Of a stretch of 64,000 bases of DNA, positions 27,756 to 38,365 are shown in pieces (the stretch's first letter is position 1; each line of letters starts with the position of its first letter). This DNA is from Candidatus Curtissbacteria bacterium. GTDB lineage: Bacteria; Patescibacteriota; Microgenomatia; Curtissbacterales; GWA2-41-24. The notes under the pieces were generated by a model, which did no database searches, had not been told where the DNA came from, and saw nothing but the letters and a program-made list of their open reading frames with translations. The DNA is taken from positions 472 through 64,471 of the forward strand of contig JACPEV010000008.1 of the NCBI GenBank assembly GCA_016183325.1. The letters run 5' to 3'. A program made the translations under genes and the position numbers.

Positions 27756-29843
27756 CTACGGAGTGTGGTTTTTGACTAGATCGAAAAGTTTGTAAACATC
27801 CCCGGCACCCATGGAAAGAATCACTCCAAAACCACTAAGGTGTTTAGATAGGTAACGAGCCGTTGCCTCCAATGATCCCGAGTATTGTGCCTTAGAACCG
27901 ACTGATCTGGCAAGTTTTTGGGCGAGTATGACTTTATCCCCTTTTTCCCTTGCCGGGTAGACATCGGTTATTAAGATTTGATCAACTTTGCTTTCTTTTA
28001 GGCTTTTGACGAAATCCGCAAAGAAAGTTTCGATTCTGGAAAAAGTATGGGGTTCAAAAACGAGAACCACTTTTTTATTTAGAGATTTTTCTTTTAGGGC
28101 ATTTGAGGTTTTGAGAATTGTGTATGGTTGTACAGCGTAATCATCGTAGACTCTAACTTGATTGATTGTCCCCTTATATTCCAATCGGCGACAGAGTCCA
28201 GAGAAAGATTCAACTGATTTTTTTGCAAGTTTTGGATCAATTTTAAGAATTTTAGCAACAGTCAGTGCGGCCTTTGCATTTTCTTTTCTAAAGTCGCCGA
28301 TTATGGAAAGTTTCAGTTCTGTGAAATCTTTGACCTTAACGACTCTTGTTTTTGCAGGGTCCGTCCCTTTTATTGGTGCTCTTGTCGACTCAATAAGCTC
28401 TTTTGTCGTAGGGACGGACCCTAAAATTATGGTCCCGCCTGGTTTAATATTTTCGATAAACTTTTTGTATGAGTTTATTACTGCCTCTCTTGTCTTGAAA
28501 AAATCTGGGTGATCCCAACCGATGTTGAGGATGACGGCGATGTCGGGATGATAATATAAAAAATTATCATTATATTCATCTGCTTCACAAATATAGTATT
28601 TTGACTTCCCTACTCTGAAGTTTGTCTCCCAACCGAGTACTTTGGCTCCTATTTCGCAAGTGGGATCAAGTCCTGCATCGATTAAAATTTGGGCAATCAT
28701 CGCCGTTGTGGTTGATTTACCATAGGCTCCGGCAACAGCGATGACAAATTTATTCTTTTGAAGATATTCGCCTTGGAATTTTTGCCAGCTAATAATAGGT
28801 ATTTTGCCCTTGCTGGCATAGACCAGCTCCAAATTTTGTGAATTAAATTTTTCCACTGCAGGAGAAATAACGAGAAGATCAATACCGATCAAGTGACTTC
28901 GGCTATGACCTTTGGCGATGTCGATTTTTAAATTTTGGGTATAAGGAGAAGCTGGATTTAAATCGCAACCGGTAACTTCATATCCATAACTCTTAGCAAT
29001 TGATAAAATTGCTGAAGCTCCGGCGCCAGCAGCGCCCATGATGTGGATCTTTAGCTTTTGAAGTTCAACCTCTTTGGCGCTTGAATCTCTGATCTGGCTT
29101 GTTGCGATAAGCTTATTGGCAATTTCGAGTTCTTCTGGGGTATTGATTCCATGCCATTCTGACGGATCTTCGAGTTTATAGGTTTGTACCTTATCGCCTT
29201 GATTTAGCGCAATGGAAATAAGGTCTGTTAGATATAATTCGCCAGTCACTGAAGAAGGCTTTATTTTTAGCAAATTATCACCAAGCCAGTTTTTATTAAA
29301 AAAATATAATCCGTCATTGACTTCCTTAATTTTTTTTTGAGTGGGAGAGGCGTCCTTTTCTTCAATGATTCCGAAAAGTCTGTCGTTTTTCCTAAGTATT
29401 CTGCCAAGTCCAAATGGGCTCTCTTTGTCTAAAGTGACAAATGTGATTTTCGACTTTGATCTCCGGTGGAATTCAAAAATTTTTTTAATCGTTTCAGGTT
29501 TGTAAAAGGCAGTATCGTCACCATACATAACGGCAACAATTTGAACATTTTTATCAGTTTTCCTGAGTCCAATCCTTGCGGCGTCGGCTGTTCCAGCAGG
29601 TGATTGTTGATTAGCAAAGGTGTACTGATTTCCGACCGTTTTTTTAATTTGAGATGAGTTATTTTGATTGATCACTATAATTATTTGACGGGGTCTCACT
29701 TTGTCTATAATTTCCAAAGTTCTTTTGAGTAGTGGTTTTTGGTCGACAGGGTGAAGAACCTTAGGCAAGGAAGACCTCATTCTTTTACCCTCTCCGGCTG
29801 CCAGAACTATGGCTGCAAAAGATTTCTGCGAATTATTGTTCAT
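27756..29843 (-). CDS. murC: Fusion: GlmU-type nucleotidyltransferase domain + MurC ligase
   Basis: N-term LAAGEGKRMRSSLPKVLH, IIEEKDA, GELYLTD, GINTPEEL; C-term GAYGKSTTT, EADEY, DDYA, FEPHTFSR, MGAGDV. Confidence 0.9.
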   Translation of the reverse strand: MNNNSQKSFAAIVLAAGEGKRMRSSLPKVLHPVDQKPLLKRTLEIIDKVRPRQIIIVINQNNSSQIKKTVGNQYTFANQQSPAGTADAARIGLRKTDKNVQIVAVMYGDDTAFYKPETIKKIFEFHRRSKSKITFVTLDKESPFGLGRILRKNDRLFGIIEEKDASPTQKKIKEVNDGLYFFNKNWLGDNLLKIKPSSVTGELYLTDLISIALNQGDKVQTYKLEDPSEWHGINTPEELEIANKLIATSQIRDSSAKEVELQKLKIHIMGAAGAGASAILSIAKSYGYEVTGCDLNPASPYTQNLKIDIAKGHSRSHLIGIDLLVISPAVEKFNSQNLELVYASKGKIPIISWQKFQGEYLQKNKFVIAVAGAYGKSTTTAMIAQILIDAGLDPTCEIGAKVLGWETNFRVGKSKYYICEADEYNDNFLYYHPDIAVILNIGWDHPDFFKTREAVINSYKKFIENIKPGGTIILGSVPTTKELIESTRAPIKGTDPAKTRVVKVKDFTELKLSIIGDFRKENAKAALTVAKILKIDPKLAKKSVESFSGLCRRLEYKGTINQVRVYDDYAVQPYTILKTSNALKEKSLNKKVVLVFEPHTFSRIETFFADFVKSLKESKVDQILITDVYPAREKGDKVILAQKLARSVGSKAQYSGSLEATARYLSKHLSGFGVILSMGAGDVYKLFDLVKNHTP

Positions 29844-31039
29844 TATTTTAATCGATTTTTAATGGCTTTTTTGACGACGGCAAATTCATTCCAGGGATAG
29901 TCTTTTTTGCCATAGGTCATTGATTTTTCATGAGATTTGCCAAAAGTTGCCACGACGTCATCTTTTTTGGCCAAGTTAATGGCAAACTGGATAGCATCTT
30001 TTCTGTCGACAATTACAAAATACCCTTGACCTTCCTTTTTACTGGTGATTCCTCTTGTTATTTGTTCACAAATCTCATCAACTTTTTCCGAACGGGGATC
30101 TTCGGCAGTAAGAACAATTATATCCGAAATCTGGTCTGCGACCTTTCCCATCAGTTGCCTCTTCGGCTTATCTCGCTCCCCTGCGGCTCCAAAAACTGCA
30201 ATAAGTTTGGATTTGTTAGATTCCAGTTGTGCTTTTAATGTTGTAAGGGCGTTTTTAAGACCGTTGGGGGTGTGGGCAAAATCAATAATAACCCTAAAAT
30301 CTTGCCCCAAGTCTACTTCATCAAGTCTCCCGATCACACCTTTGAAATTAGAAAGGGAATCTAATATTGTCTCTCTGTTAACTTTAAGCGCTTTACAAAC
30401 GGCCGTCGCCGCCAAGGCATTTGACAAATTAAACGAGCCGGGAATTTGAAGTTTGAGCGGGTATTTTTTTAAGCTGACATCAGCCTCATTGCTTTTTGCG
30501 TATGAAATAATTTGTCCGCCAACTTTATCTTTTAAAAAGAGAAAGGATTTTTTTTCATCCTTATTCAAAATTGAAATTTTGGATTTTGTGAAAAGTTTAC
30601 TCTTTGCAAGGGCATAATTTACCCAAGTTTTATGATAATCAAGATGCTCGTGAGTGATATTGGTAATAGCTCCTATTTTGAAATCCACAAAAGCTAACCT
30701 GTTTTGATCAAGTCCATGCGAAGTTGCCTCAAGAACAAAATATTGACTGTCAGATTCAACTGCCTGTTTTAGGTATTTTTGAATTTGCCATGGATCGGGA
30801 GTAGTAACATGGAAGCCTGTATCATAGATCTTATCTCCAATTTGGGCATTCACTGAGGAAATCATGGATACTTTTTTACCCGCTTGCTTCAAGATGTGGT
30901 AGATCATGTTGACAGTGGTAGTCTTGCCGTCGGTGCCGGTAACACCAATGACAGTCAATTTTTTCGAAGGGAAATTAAAATAGGCGGCAGCGACAAACGC
31001 GGTTAGTAAATGATAAATATTCTTTATCTTTTGCCACAT
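29843..31039 (-). CDS. murE: MurE ligase
   Basis: GVTGTDGKTTT, TTPD, EATSHGLDQ, DFAHTP, GERD..KR. Confidence 0.95.
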   Translation of the reverse strand: MWQKIKNIYHLLTAFVAAAYFNFPSKKLTVIGVTGTDGKTTTVNMIYHILKQAGKKVSMISSVNAQIGDKIYDTGFHVTTPDPWQIQKYLKQAVESDSQYFVLEATSHGLDQNRLAFVDFKIGAITNITHEHLDYHKTWVNYALAKSKLFTKSKISILNKDEKKSFLFLKDKVGGQIISYAKSNEADVSLKKYPLKLQIPGSFNLSNALAATAVCKALKVNRETILDSLSNFKGVIGRLDEVDLGQDFRVIIDFAHTPNGLKNALTTLKAQLESNKSKLIAVFGAAGERDKPKRQLMGKVADQISDIIVLTAEDPRSEKVDEICEQITRGITSKKEGQGYFVIVDRKDAIQFAINLAKKDDVVATFGKSHEKSMTYGKKDYPWNEFAVVKKAIKNRLK

Positions 31040-31101
31040 CTAATGTAATTGTACACAGTTAAGCAACATGCGTAGCTTATGATGATGTTTTTTCAGTAGG
31101 C

Positions 31102-31926
31102 TTATGGCCGTTTAACAGAAGATTGATAACTCAACCAGCTTGCCAAAAGATAAGGATCTTGGCCGCGATATTGATAGAAAGATCCGTAACTTAACCAAAC
31201 TTCGCTCCAAACAATATCTACCCCTTGAGATGTTTTCCATTGATTGGCTGACACATAGTCTTGCACTTCTAGAAAAGGATGGATTTTTTGATAATGACGA
31301 ATCCCATGGTAGAGATAAAGAATAAAGTCACGCTCGGATAAGTTTCCGTTAGCCAGATTATTTAAGTCTCCTTCTGAGATTAAAATGCGATCGTTTGATT
31401 CAGATTTACCCATCAAATTACCCACCATAACAGGTCGTTCAAGATATTGAGATGGAGCAATTTGCCAGATTTTAGCTGGTCCATGTTCTTGCTGATTGAA
31501 ATAATCCGCCGCTTCTCTGATTTGGGGTGCCGTCGACTTTTCCATATCTGAAAGAATACCTTGGAATACTTCTAGTTGCCTTTGAGAAGGAGCAAGATCC
31601 AGCTCGTTTGGCCCTATCCCTAGGTTGATTTGCGGACTAAAATCTCCAGGATTTGAAATCACTAGTTGGGAATTTGGCGAATCTTGCGTGAGTGAACTAA
31701 CGTGATTATCTGTCAACCGATTGTCGTTTTGTGGCTGGTTGAGGTTGACACGATCTCGATTCAAAGATGCCATTAGAAACATTACGGAACCAACAGCACC
31801 AGCAACTCCAACAACTACCCTCCTTTTAATTTCTCTCAAGGTCGAAAGAGCATGCTTACTAGGCCTTATGACTCGATAGGTGTCTGGGGCAATTTTTTGC
31901 AAAGGCAATGGTCTTTCTTCGCTCAC
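31102..31926 (-). CDS. Membrane-anchored hypothetical protein
   Basis: 274 aa, one TM near N-terminus. Confidence 0.7.
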   Translation of the reverse strand: MSEERPLPLQKIAPDTYRVIRPSKHALSTLREIKRRVVVGVAGAVGSVMFLMASLNRDRVNLNQPQNDNRLTDNHVSSLTQDSPNSQLVISNPGDFSPQINLGIGPNELDLAPSQRQLEVFQGILSDMEKSTAPQIREAADYFNQQEHGPAKIWQIAPSQYLERPVMVGNLMGKSESNDRILISEGDLNNLANGNLSERDFILYLYHGIRHYQKIHPFLEVQDYVSANQWKTSQGVDIVWSEVWLSYGSFYQYRGQDPYLLASWLSYQSSVKRP

Positions 31927-32017
31927 AATAAAAACCGCCTTAAAGCTTGGACGGCCCTCCGTAATTTATGCGCCCATTTTAAACCAGGCCGAGTCTAAAA
32001 GTCAAGCGGACTATGGG

Positions 32018-33121
32018 CTAGACAATCTTCTCCCAGGGAAAGCCGGGGCGGCCGAAGTGGCCATAGGCCGCGGTTTGGCGATAGATAGGTCTTCTTAAGT
32101 TGAGACCATCTAAAATGCCTTTGACGGAAAGTTCAAGTAGACTCCAGGCGAATTTTTCAATCTCGCCAATTGCAACTCTATTGGTACCGAATGTTTCGAC
32201 TGATTTGGAAACTGGCCTTGGTTTACCGATGACATAAGAAAGCTGGACTTCACACCTTCTGGCCAATTTTTTAGCCACAATATTTTTGGCAATAAATCTG
32301 GCAGCGTACGCTCCCGAGCGGTCGACCTTCGTTGGGTCTTTTCCGGAAAAACAGCCTCCGCCGATTCTGGCCATGGCCCCATAAGTATCAACTATGATTT
32401 TGCGGCCCGTAACGCCCGTATCAGAGGCCGGTCCACCGATTTCCCACTTACCGGTGCCGTTGCAGACAAAGTCATCAAAAGCTACATTGAAACCATATTT
32501 TCTAAGAACGGGAGTTACTACAGCTTCATAAATATCCCTGGCGACTTTTGCGCTCTTAACTTTGGGATCGTGAGGAACGGCAGTTATAACCTTGACCACT
32601 TTTTTGGGATGACTATCTTTATATTCAACTGTTACTTGGGATTTACCATCGGGCCTGAGATATTTAAGGTTTGACTGGCGGGCTTCGTCTATTGCTTTTG
32701 CAATTTCGTGGGCAAGAGTTATTGGGAGAGGCATCAACTGGGGAGTTTCTTGGCAAGCGTAACCATACATCATACCTTGATCTCCAGCGCCAAAGTTTTC
32801 AACCCCAAGCGCAATGTCCAGCGACTGTTCGTGAATGTAGACTTCTACGCTAGAATTTTTGTAATCGAAGTTATAGATCTCTTCTGTATAACCCAAATCT
32901 TTGACTACGTCTCTGGCAACTTTTTCAAAGTCTACTTTGGCTTTGGTAGTAACCTCCCCAGCTAAAACAACTTTATTAGTCGTTACTAACGTTTCTACAG
33001 CTACTCGACTGAAAGGATCTTGATTGAGACAAGCGTCCAAGATAGTATCTGATATTTGATCACAGATTTTATCGGGATGGCCAGCGCAAACCGATTCAGA
33101 GGTAAAAAGTTTATAATTCAT
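32018..33121 (-). CDS. metK: S-adenosylmethionine synthetase
   Basis: FTSESV..GHPDK, GAGDQG, GRKIIVDTYG, GKDPTKVDRS. Confidence 0.99.
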   Translation of the reverse strand: MNYKLFTSESVCAGHPDKICDQISDTILDACLNQDPFSRVAVETLVTTNKVVLAGEVTTKAKVDFEKVARDVVKDLGYTEEIYNFDYKNSSVEVYIHEQSLDIALGVENFGAGDQGMMYGYACQETPQLMPLPITLAHEIAKAIDEARQSNLKYLRPDGKSQVTVEYKDSHPKKVVKVITAVPHDPKVKSAKVARDIYEAVVTPVLRKYGFNVAFDDFVCNGTGKWEIGGPASDTGVTGRKIIVDTYGAMARIGGGCFSGKDPTKVDRSGAYAARFIAKNIVAKKLARRCEVQLSYVIGKPRPVSKSVETFGTNRVAIGEIEKFAWSLLELSVKGILDGLNLRRPIYRQTAAYGHFGRPGFPWEKIV

Positions 33122-33126
33122 AAATT

Positions 33127-33151
33127 AAAAAAACTCTCCCGAAGGAGAGTT
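33127..33151 (-). terminator. Intrinsic terminator of the metK riboswitch leader
   Basis: AACTCTCC-TTCG-GGAGAGTT followed by T-run on the minus strand. Confidence 0.85.
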
Positions 33152-33155
33152 AAAG

Positions 33156-33267
33156 TTTGTATCTTCCCCTTACGGGCTTGGATGTGGCACCTTCTTTGAC
33201 TTTTTGAGACAAAGGGTTGCCAGACGGATCATTGGGCCAAGTCCCATACCGTCATTCTCGATACTTT
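33156..33267 (-). ncRNA. SAM-I (S-box) riboswitch
   Basis: Minus strand GTATCGAGA..GGGACTTGGCCC.ATGA..GGCAACC...AAGGTGCC..ATCC...GAAGATAC with P1 GTATC/GATAC, upstream of metK. Confidence 0.88.
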
Positions 33268-33338
33268 GCAAATATTAAAGTTCTAACTATTAATTATCCT
33301 ACAACAGTACCTCAATTTGTTGCAAGTATCTAAAAAAG

Positions 33339-33452
33339 GTAACTGTTCACCGTTACTGACACAACGCATATTGTTCGAGGCTGGAAGCCGAGAACTAAAC
33401 TTCTCGCTCACGCTCGAAGAGTAATAACGTGTCAGCGATTGTGAACTCTTAC
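33339..33452. mobile_element. MITE-like palindromic element (family A)
   Basis: GTAACTGTTCAC...GTGAACTCTTAC ends and TTGTTCGAG..CGAGAACT..TTCTCG..GCTCGAAGA core shared with 5563-5700. Confidence 0.6.
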
Positions 33453-34956
33453 TAAAAAAAGAAAGACGTCTAATCAGCTGAGCGATGAATTTTTATGTTC
33501 AATCGGGATAGAAATTTAGCCGTGGAAATAATGAACATAATATTTATTCATAGATAAATATTATCTTTCTTGTTTCACGGCCTCTAAAAAGCTTGCCGGC
33601 AGTTAAATCTGAGAGATTTTTTGCAAGATTTTTTGCTAATAATGTCTAATGCCACGGCACTTCTTATTAGATCGCAAGGGGTAAGAATGCAAATCGAAAT
33701 AATAGGGGGGTTAATTTTAAAGAAGAGGTTAGAATTAGTAATTCTCTTTGACCTAGTGGCTTGTTTTTCTTAATATTTGCCGTAAAGGTTTACGCTAATG
33801 TGCATACTGGGACATGTTTGGCAGACACACTTGATGCTACTTGGATTTTGGACCCAGACAATTACACTTCAGAAGGAACACATGTAATACGCAATTTACG
33901 ACGGTTTTTATGGTAATGAACCTAACGTTCTTAATGCAGGTGATGCCAGTTTAGGAGCTGGTGAAGTAGCGCTAGGTTCTGGGGCAGGGCAAATAGAACC
34001 TGGGCAGTTCTCGGGACCCCATTTGCCCTTCGGGGATTGAGCAGTATAGGAAGTTTCACGAGAGGTGCAATACCAAATAACTGCGGCTTAGGGCAATAAA
34101 TAGCAAAGTCGACTAAAAAATTATTAATTTTTTGTAATTATCTTGAAGATCAAATAGGAGACGCCATATTTGGCGCTTTATGGTTTTGAGTGCTAAAGGC
34201 ATATTAAAATGAGTTGAGACCGTAATAACAGGCTTAATCATCTATAAATCTAATAAGGAACAAGTCTGGATGTAACAGAGAGTTGTTTTTATAGAAAACA
34301 GCAATTTAAATCTTTTAAAACAAACATCTACGCACAGGGCGGGGCTTAAATCCAATCTAATACTATTTTTTGATAATTTCAAGCCCCCAAAAAGCATCTC
34401 AAAAAGTGTCCAGACTTTGTTAAATTTGTTTAAAGATAAATTATTATAAAATTGGGCACAAGGATTATAAAAAGCAAATTTTTAAGTGCAAAAATCATAG
34501 AATATTTAAACATTAGTTATTGAAAATCTTGAAGATAGATGTTTTTTTGCAAGAAAAGATAACCTTTTGGTAGGAGGTCGTCTAAAGAACATACGGTTTA
34601 TCTTTTGGGATTGTGGGGGGGACAAAGTCGCAGGGAAATAGTCAACGTTCTTAAAGGCAAATTTGATCTGAGCTGTTAAGGGGCATGAGTCATTTGTGAC
34701 AACTAGTATTCTGCCTGTTTTTTTAATCTTGTTCTTATAGGTATGATTTCATCGTAGGTTTTGGTAAATTTTGCTCTTTTGTGAATTTTATCGAATTTAT
34801 GGAAGATTTTCTCGAATTCTAGCAATTATAGTTAAATATTTTTTATTAACAGTATTTAAGCAATTTTTGAACTTGATTCGCCATTTTCGTGAAAATTTAT
34901 GTATTTTCACTCGTTGCTTGTCAATAAGCACATCTTTGGTATGGAACAATTTTGAA

Positions 34957-35202
34957 TTAATGGCGTTTTAGCAGAGTTTTAAGGTTTAACCTTGGTGTAG
35001 CAAAAACAAATAGGTAGAGAATTTCTAGAATACCGAGAGAGTTGACTACAAGCAAGGCTACAAACCAATATTTTTGTCTGGCGGTTGCGGCATACCACAT
35101 GGCAATACCTTTTATTGAAAGCGCCCAAATAGTTAAAAGAATTATTAAAAGGGCATTAGCGGGATCTTTTGGAAGATTGAAATAGTTTGAGAAGAAGCTC
35201 AT
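34957..35202 (-). CDS. DUF5652 family membrane protein
   Basis: W...KG.A.W.AA...QK.WF..LL..N..GILEI.Y. Confidence 0.85.
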   Translation of the reverse strand: MSFFSNYFNLPKDPANALLIILLTIWALSIKGIAMWYAATARQKYWFVALLVVNSLGILEILYLFVFATPRLNLKTLLKRH

Positions 35203-35244
35203 TGATGACCATAATAGATCTTATAACTAGGATTTTGCAACAGA

Positions 35245-36990
35245 CTAATTCTTGGAGGGAAGAATGCCGAAATAATTAAAGAGTTCTTTGGCAACTTCAA
35301 AGAAAGTGGGAGCCGCAGTTTCTGAGCCGAAGGGAGATGAAGTTGGTTCTGTGAAACGAACTAACATAACAAATCTAGGGTCATCGGCAGGAACGAATCC
35401 AACGAAGCTAGTAATTGTTTTATTGGGGTCATAATGTCCAGCCACAGGGATTTGAGCAGTTCCTGTTTTACCGGCGATTCTGAAACCTTTCGGGGCAAAA
35501 GCTTTTGCTTCACCATTTTGGACCGCATTGACCATCATTTCAGTCATTAGAGTAGCGGCTTGTGGCGAAATTACTTGTCTTATTTGATTAGGTTTGACTT
35601 CTTCAGTTTTTTTGCCGTCTTCGATTCTTGCGACGACTTTAGGAGTGATAAGTTTGCCGTGATTAGCAATAGTGGCGACTGCCTGAACCATTTGGATTGG
35701 AGTAACTGCTATGCCCTGGCCAAAAGAAGCTGTAGCAAGATCAATCGGTTTCCAATCTTTTTTGGCACGGACAAAACCTGTTGATTCTCCCTGAAGATCG
35801 ATTCCTGTTTCCTTGCCAAAACCAAACTTGGAGATATAATCGTAAAATTTGTCTACTTGAAGTTTAGCCGCAACATAGGTCATACCAACATTATCTGAAT
35901 GCTGGATGATTTCTGTCATAGTAGAATTTGGGTAGTATTTTTTATTCCAAGTGGAAATTTCAAAACCTCCAATCTGTCTTGCACCTGAACAATCCTCACA
36001 TCTGGTTTGAGGATCTACCAGTCCAAGATCAAGTGCAGCGGACATGGCTATTAACTTAAATGTAGATCCAGGTTCATATGTTTCTGCAACCGCTGGGTTT
36101 TTATAAAGGTTTTCATTATATTCAGAGTACAAAGCTGGCTGATAGGTCGGGCTGTTTGCCATTGCCAAAATGTGCCCATTTTTGGGGTCTGAGATGATAA
36201 TTGTGCCGCCTTTGGCATCATATTTTTCAATCGCAAGTCTTAATTTTTCCTCAACCATAAACTGAATTGATCTGTCAATCGTAAGGTGAAGCGAAGTTCC
36301 TTTTTGAGGCTGGTGGGGCCGAAATTTTCCAATCAGGATCGGGAACCCGAAAGGGTCGATAATTTTACCTGATTTACCAGGTTTACCTCTGAGTCTGTGA
36401 TCATAGTAACCTTCAAGGCCAAAATAGCCAGTATCTTCTCCAAATTTGTCCGAGCCTACAAACCCTATGACGTGGGCGGCTAGTGACGCCTCTGGGTAGA
36501 ATCGTTTATCATCTCGTTCAAATCCCAAACCGTTAATTTTAGTATCTTCGATTTTATATCTTGTTTGACGAGGTACTTTTCTGGCGAGTTGGATCCAGAA
36601 AAAGTTTTTGTTTGCTAGTTTAGCCGTTAAAGATTCTTCTTTGGTTTTGATCTCTTCTTCTTTTTGTTGCTTTTCATCAGCTGAGAGCCGGGCTTCCCTC
36701 GTTGAATATTTTTCTGATATTAGAAAGGGAGCAAGTATTCTCGCAAGATCTTTTGGGTCTTTATCAATTTCCCGGGGGTGTGCATAAAGGAGTGATGCAT
36801 TTTGATTGGTAACAATTGGAAAATTGTCAGCCGTATAAATTTCCCCACGAGTGGCTGGAAGAGTATCTGATGAAACATCTGCTCCAAAATTCCCCTCTAT
36901 TTTGGCAACAAATTGCCAGTAAAATAGTCTTAGAATTATAATAGCCGCTAATAAAAAAACACAGAGTTGGAATATGCGAAATCGGTCCAT
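35245..36990 (-). CDS. ftsI: Class B penicillin-binding protein (FtsI/PBP2-type)
   Basis: RGEIY, R.YP, EPGSTFK, SDN, KTGTAQ; follows ftsL. Confidence 0.92.
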   Translation of the reverse strand: MDRFRIFQLCVFLLAAIIILRLFYWQFVAKIEGNFGADVSSDTLPATRGEIYTADNFPIVTNQNASLLYAHPREIDKDPKDLARILAPFLISEKYSTREARLSADEKQQKEEEIKTKEESLTAKLANKNFFWIQLARKVPRQTRYKIEDTKINGLGFERDDKRFYPEASLAAHVIGFVGSDKFGEDTGYFGLEGYYDHRLRGKPGKSGKIIDPFGFPILIGKFRPHQPQKGTSLHLTIDRSIQFMVEEKLRLAIEKYDAKGGTIIISDPKNGHILAMANSPTYQPALYSEYNENLYKNPAVAETYEPGSTFKLIAMSAALDLGLVDPQTRCEDCSGARQIGGFEISTWNKKYYPNSTMTEIIQHSDNVGMTYVAAKLQVDKFYDYISKFGFGKETGIDLQGESTGFVRAKKDWKPIDLATASFGQGIAVTPIQMVQAVATIANHGKLITPKVVARIEDGKKTEEVKPNQIRQVISPQAATLMTEMMVNAVQNGEAKAFAPKGFRIAGKTGTAQIPVAGHYDPNKTITSFVGFVPADDPRFVMLVRFTEPTSSPFGSETAAPTFFEVAKELFNYFGILPSKN

Positions 36991-37062
36991 TAGAAATTTT
37001 CCCCAAACAGTTTAGATGCGACTATGTTTAGTTTACCAAATTACTAGGGGGTATTTATTTTT

Positions 37063-37374
37063 TCAGTTTTTTTCAAAACCTAGAGTTTTTGCCTTCTCTT
37101 TTAGAGTTTTGAACGATGATTGTTGGGTTATCTGCACTTTCAGATTAATGTTTTCTATTTCGAGTTTTTCAATTTCCTGATCAATTTGTGATATTTTTTG
37201 GCCATCTGTGGCAAGACTTGCGGCAAAAACCATTTGGGTAGCTAAAACTACCAAGATAATAATTGCAGTAACAACTAAAACTTTGACCTTAACTCTTCCG
37301 ATAAGGTTAATATTTTGATTATTATTCTTAATTTTAAAAGCAAAGTTTTTATCGAAAACTGATATGGGCAGCAT
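37063..37374 (-). CDS. ftsL: FtsL-like septum protein
   Basis: TM + coiled coil ending A.TLGF; between rsmH and PBP. Confidence 0.7.
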   Translation of the reverse strand: MLPISVFDKNFAFKIKNNNQNINLIGRVKVKVLVVTAIIILVVLATQMVFAASLATDGQKISQIDQEIEKLEIENINLKVQITQQSSFKTLKEKAKTLGFEKN

Positions 37375-37417
37375 ATTGTCAAATTTTCAACAGGCGAAGC
37401 CTGATTGAAATTTGTAT

Positions 37418-38365
37418 TTATAATTTTTCGGCGGCCCGGAGCTTTGCGCTTCGGGAACGCGGATTATTTTCTATTTCCCAAAAGGTGGGGCCGACTGGTT
37501 TTTTAGTCAATACCTTGAGCCTTCTTTCTTTTTTGAAGAACCGTTTGACTAAACCGTCTTCAAGTGAATGAAAACTGACAATTACCAATCGGCCTCCTTT
37601 TTTTAAAAGATCTACAGTCTGCGGTAATCCTTCTTCTAAATTTAAAAGTTCGCTGTTAACCACTATCCTCAGAGCTTGAAAAATTCTAGTTTTTATCCCG
37701 ATTCCATGGCTTGCAAATTTCAACCCCCATTGACTTGGCCTTATATATTTTCCTTTTGTATCTCCTGTCGCTTCGTCTATTATTTGGGCTAATTCTTTTG
37801 TTGTTGTTATTGGTTTCACTTCACGGGCGCGACAAATAGCTTCACTAATTGTCCGACTAAACTTTTCTTGACCATACGTTTTAAAAATTTCATATAACCT
37901 CCTTTTGTCAAAATTGTTGACAATATCGTATGCTTTTACGCTTAAGCCTGGATCCATGCGCATATCTAGTGGTCCTTCGCTTGCGTAGCTAAATCCCCTT
38001 TCGGCTTTTTCGATCTGATGACTCGAAATACCAAGGTCAAATAGGATCCCAGAAACGTCGTTGAATCTGTGATCGTTGGCAATTTGACCAACGTTGGCGA
38101 AATTTCCCTGGACAAGGAATAGATTTTGACCAATTTGACAATTGACAAGAGAAGTTTCGCTCTGCGAAATTGACAATTGACATTGATTTTTAAGGTATTC
38201 GATAGCTTCGGGATCACGGTCAATTGCTAAGACTTTCGCTCCTCGTTTTAACAGCTCAAACGTGTGTCCCCCACCGCCTGCAGTCGCATCTATAATGAAA
38301 TCGCCTGGTTTAGGATTCAGGAAGCTAACAATTTCTTGTAAAAGTACGGGTGTGTGATATTTCAC
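37418..38365 (-). CDS. rsmH: 16S rRNA C1402 methyltransferase
   Basis: HTPVLL, DAT.GGGGH, LDMRMD, FQALRI.VN, SFHSLED, NPRSRSAKLR. Confidence 0.98.
   Translation of the reverse strand: MKYHTPVLLQEIVSFLNPKPGDFIIDATAGGGGHTFELLKRGAKVLAIDRDPEAIEYLKNQCQLSISQSETSLVNCQIGQNLFLVQGNFANVGQIANDHRFNDVSGILFDLGISSHQIEKAERGFSYASEGPLDMRMDPGLSVKAYDIVNNFDKRRLYEIFKTYGQEKFSRTISEAICRAREVKPITTTKELAQIIDEATGDTKGKYIRPSQWGLKFASHGIGIKTRIFQALRIVVNSELLNLEEGLPQTVDLLKKGGRLVIVSFHSLEDGLVKRFFKKERRLKVLTKKPVGPTFWEIENNPRSRSAKLRAAEKL

Noticed and set aside
33270-34956. Recoded stop codons (genetic code 25) hiding genes
   Set aside because: TGA terminates many clear genes here (cutA, ftsW, murD, mraZ) and core genes are uninterrupted under code 11.
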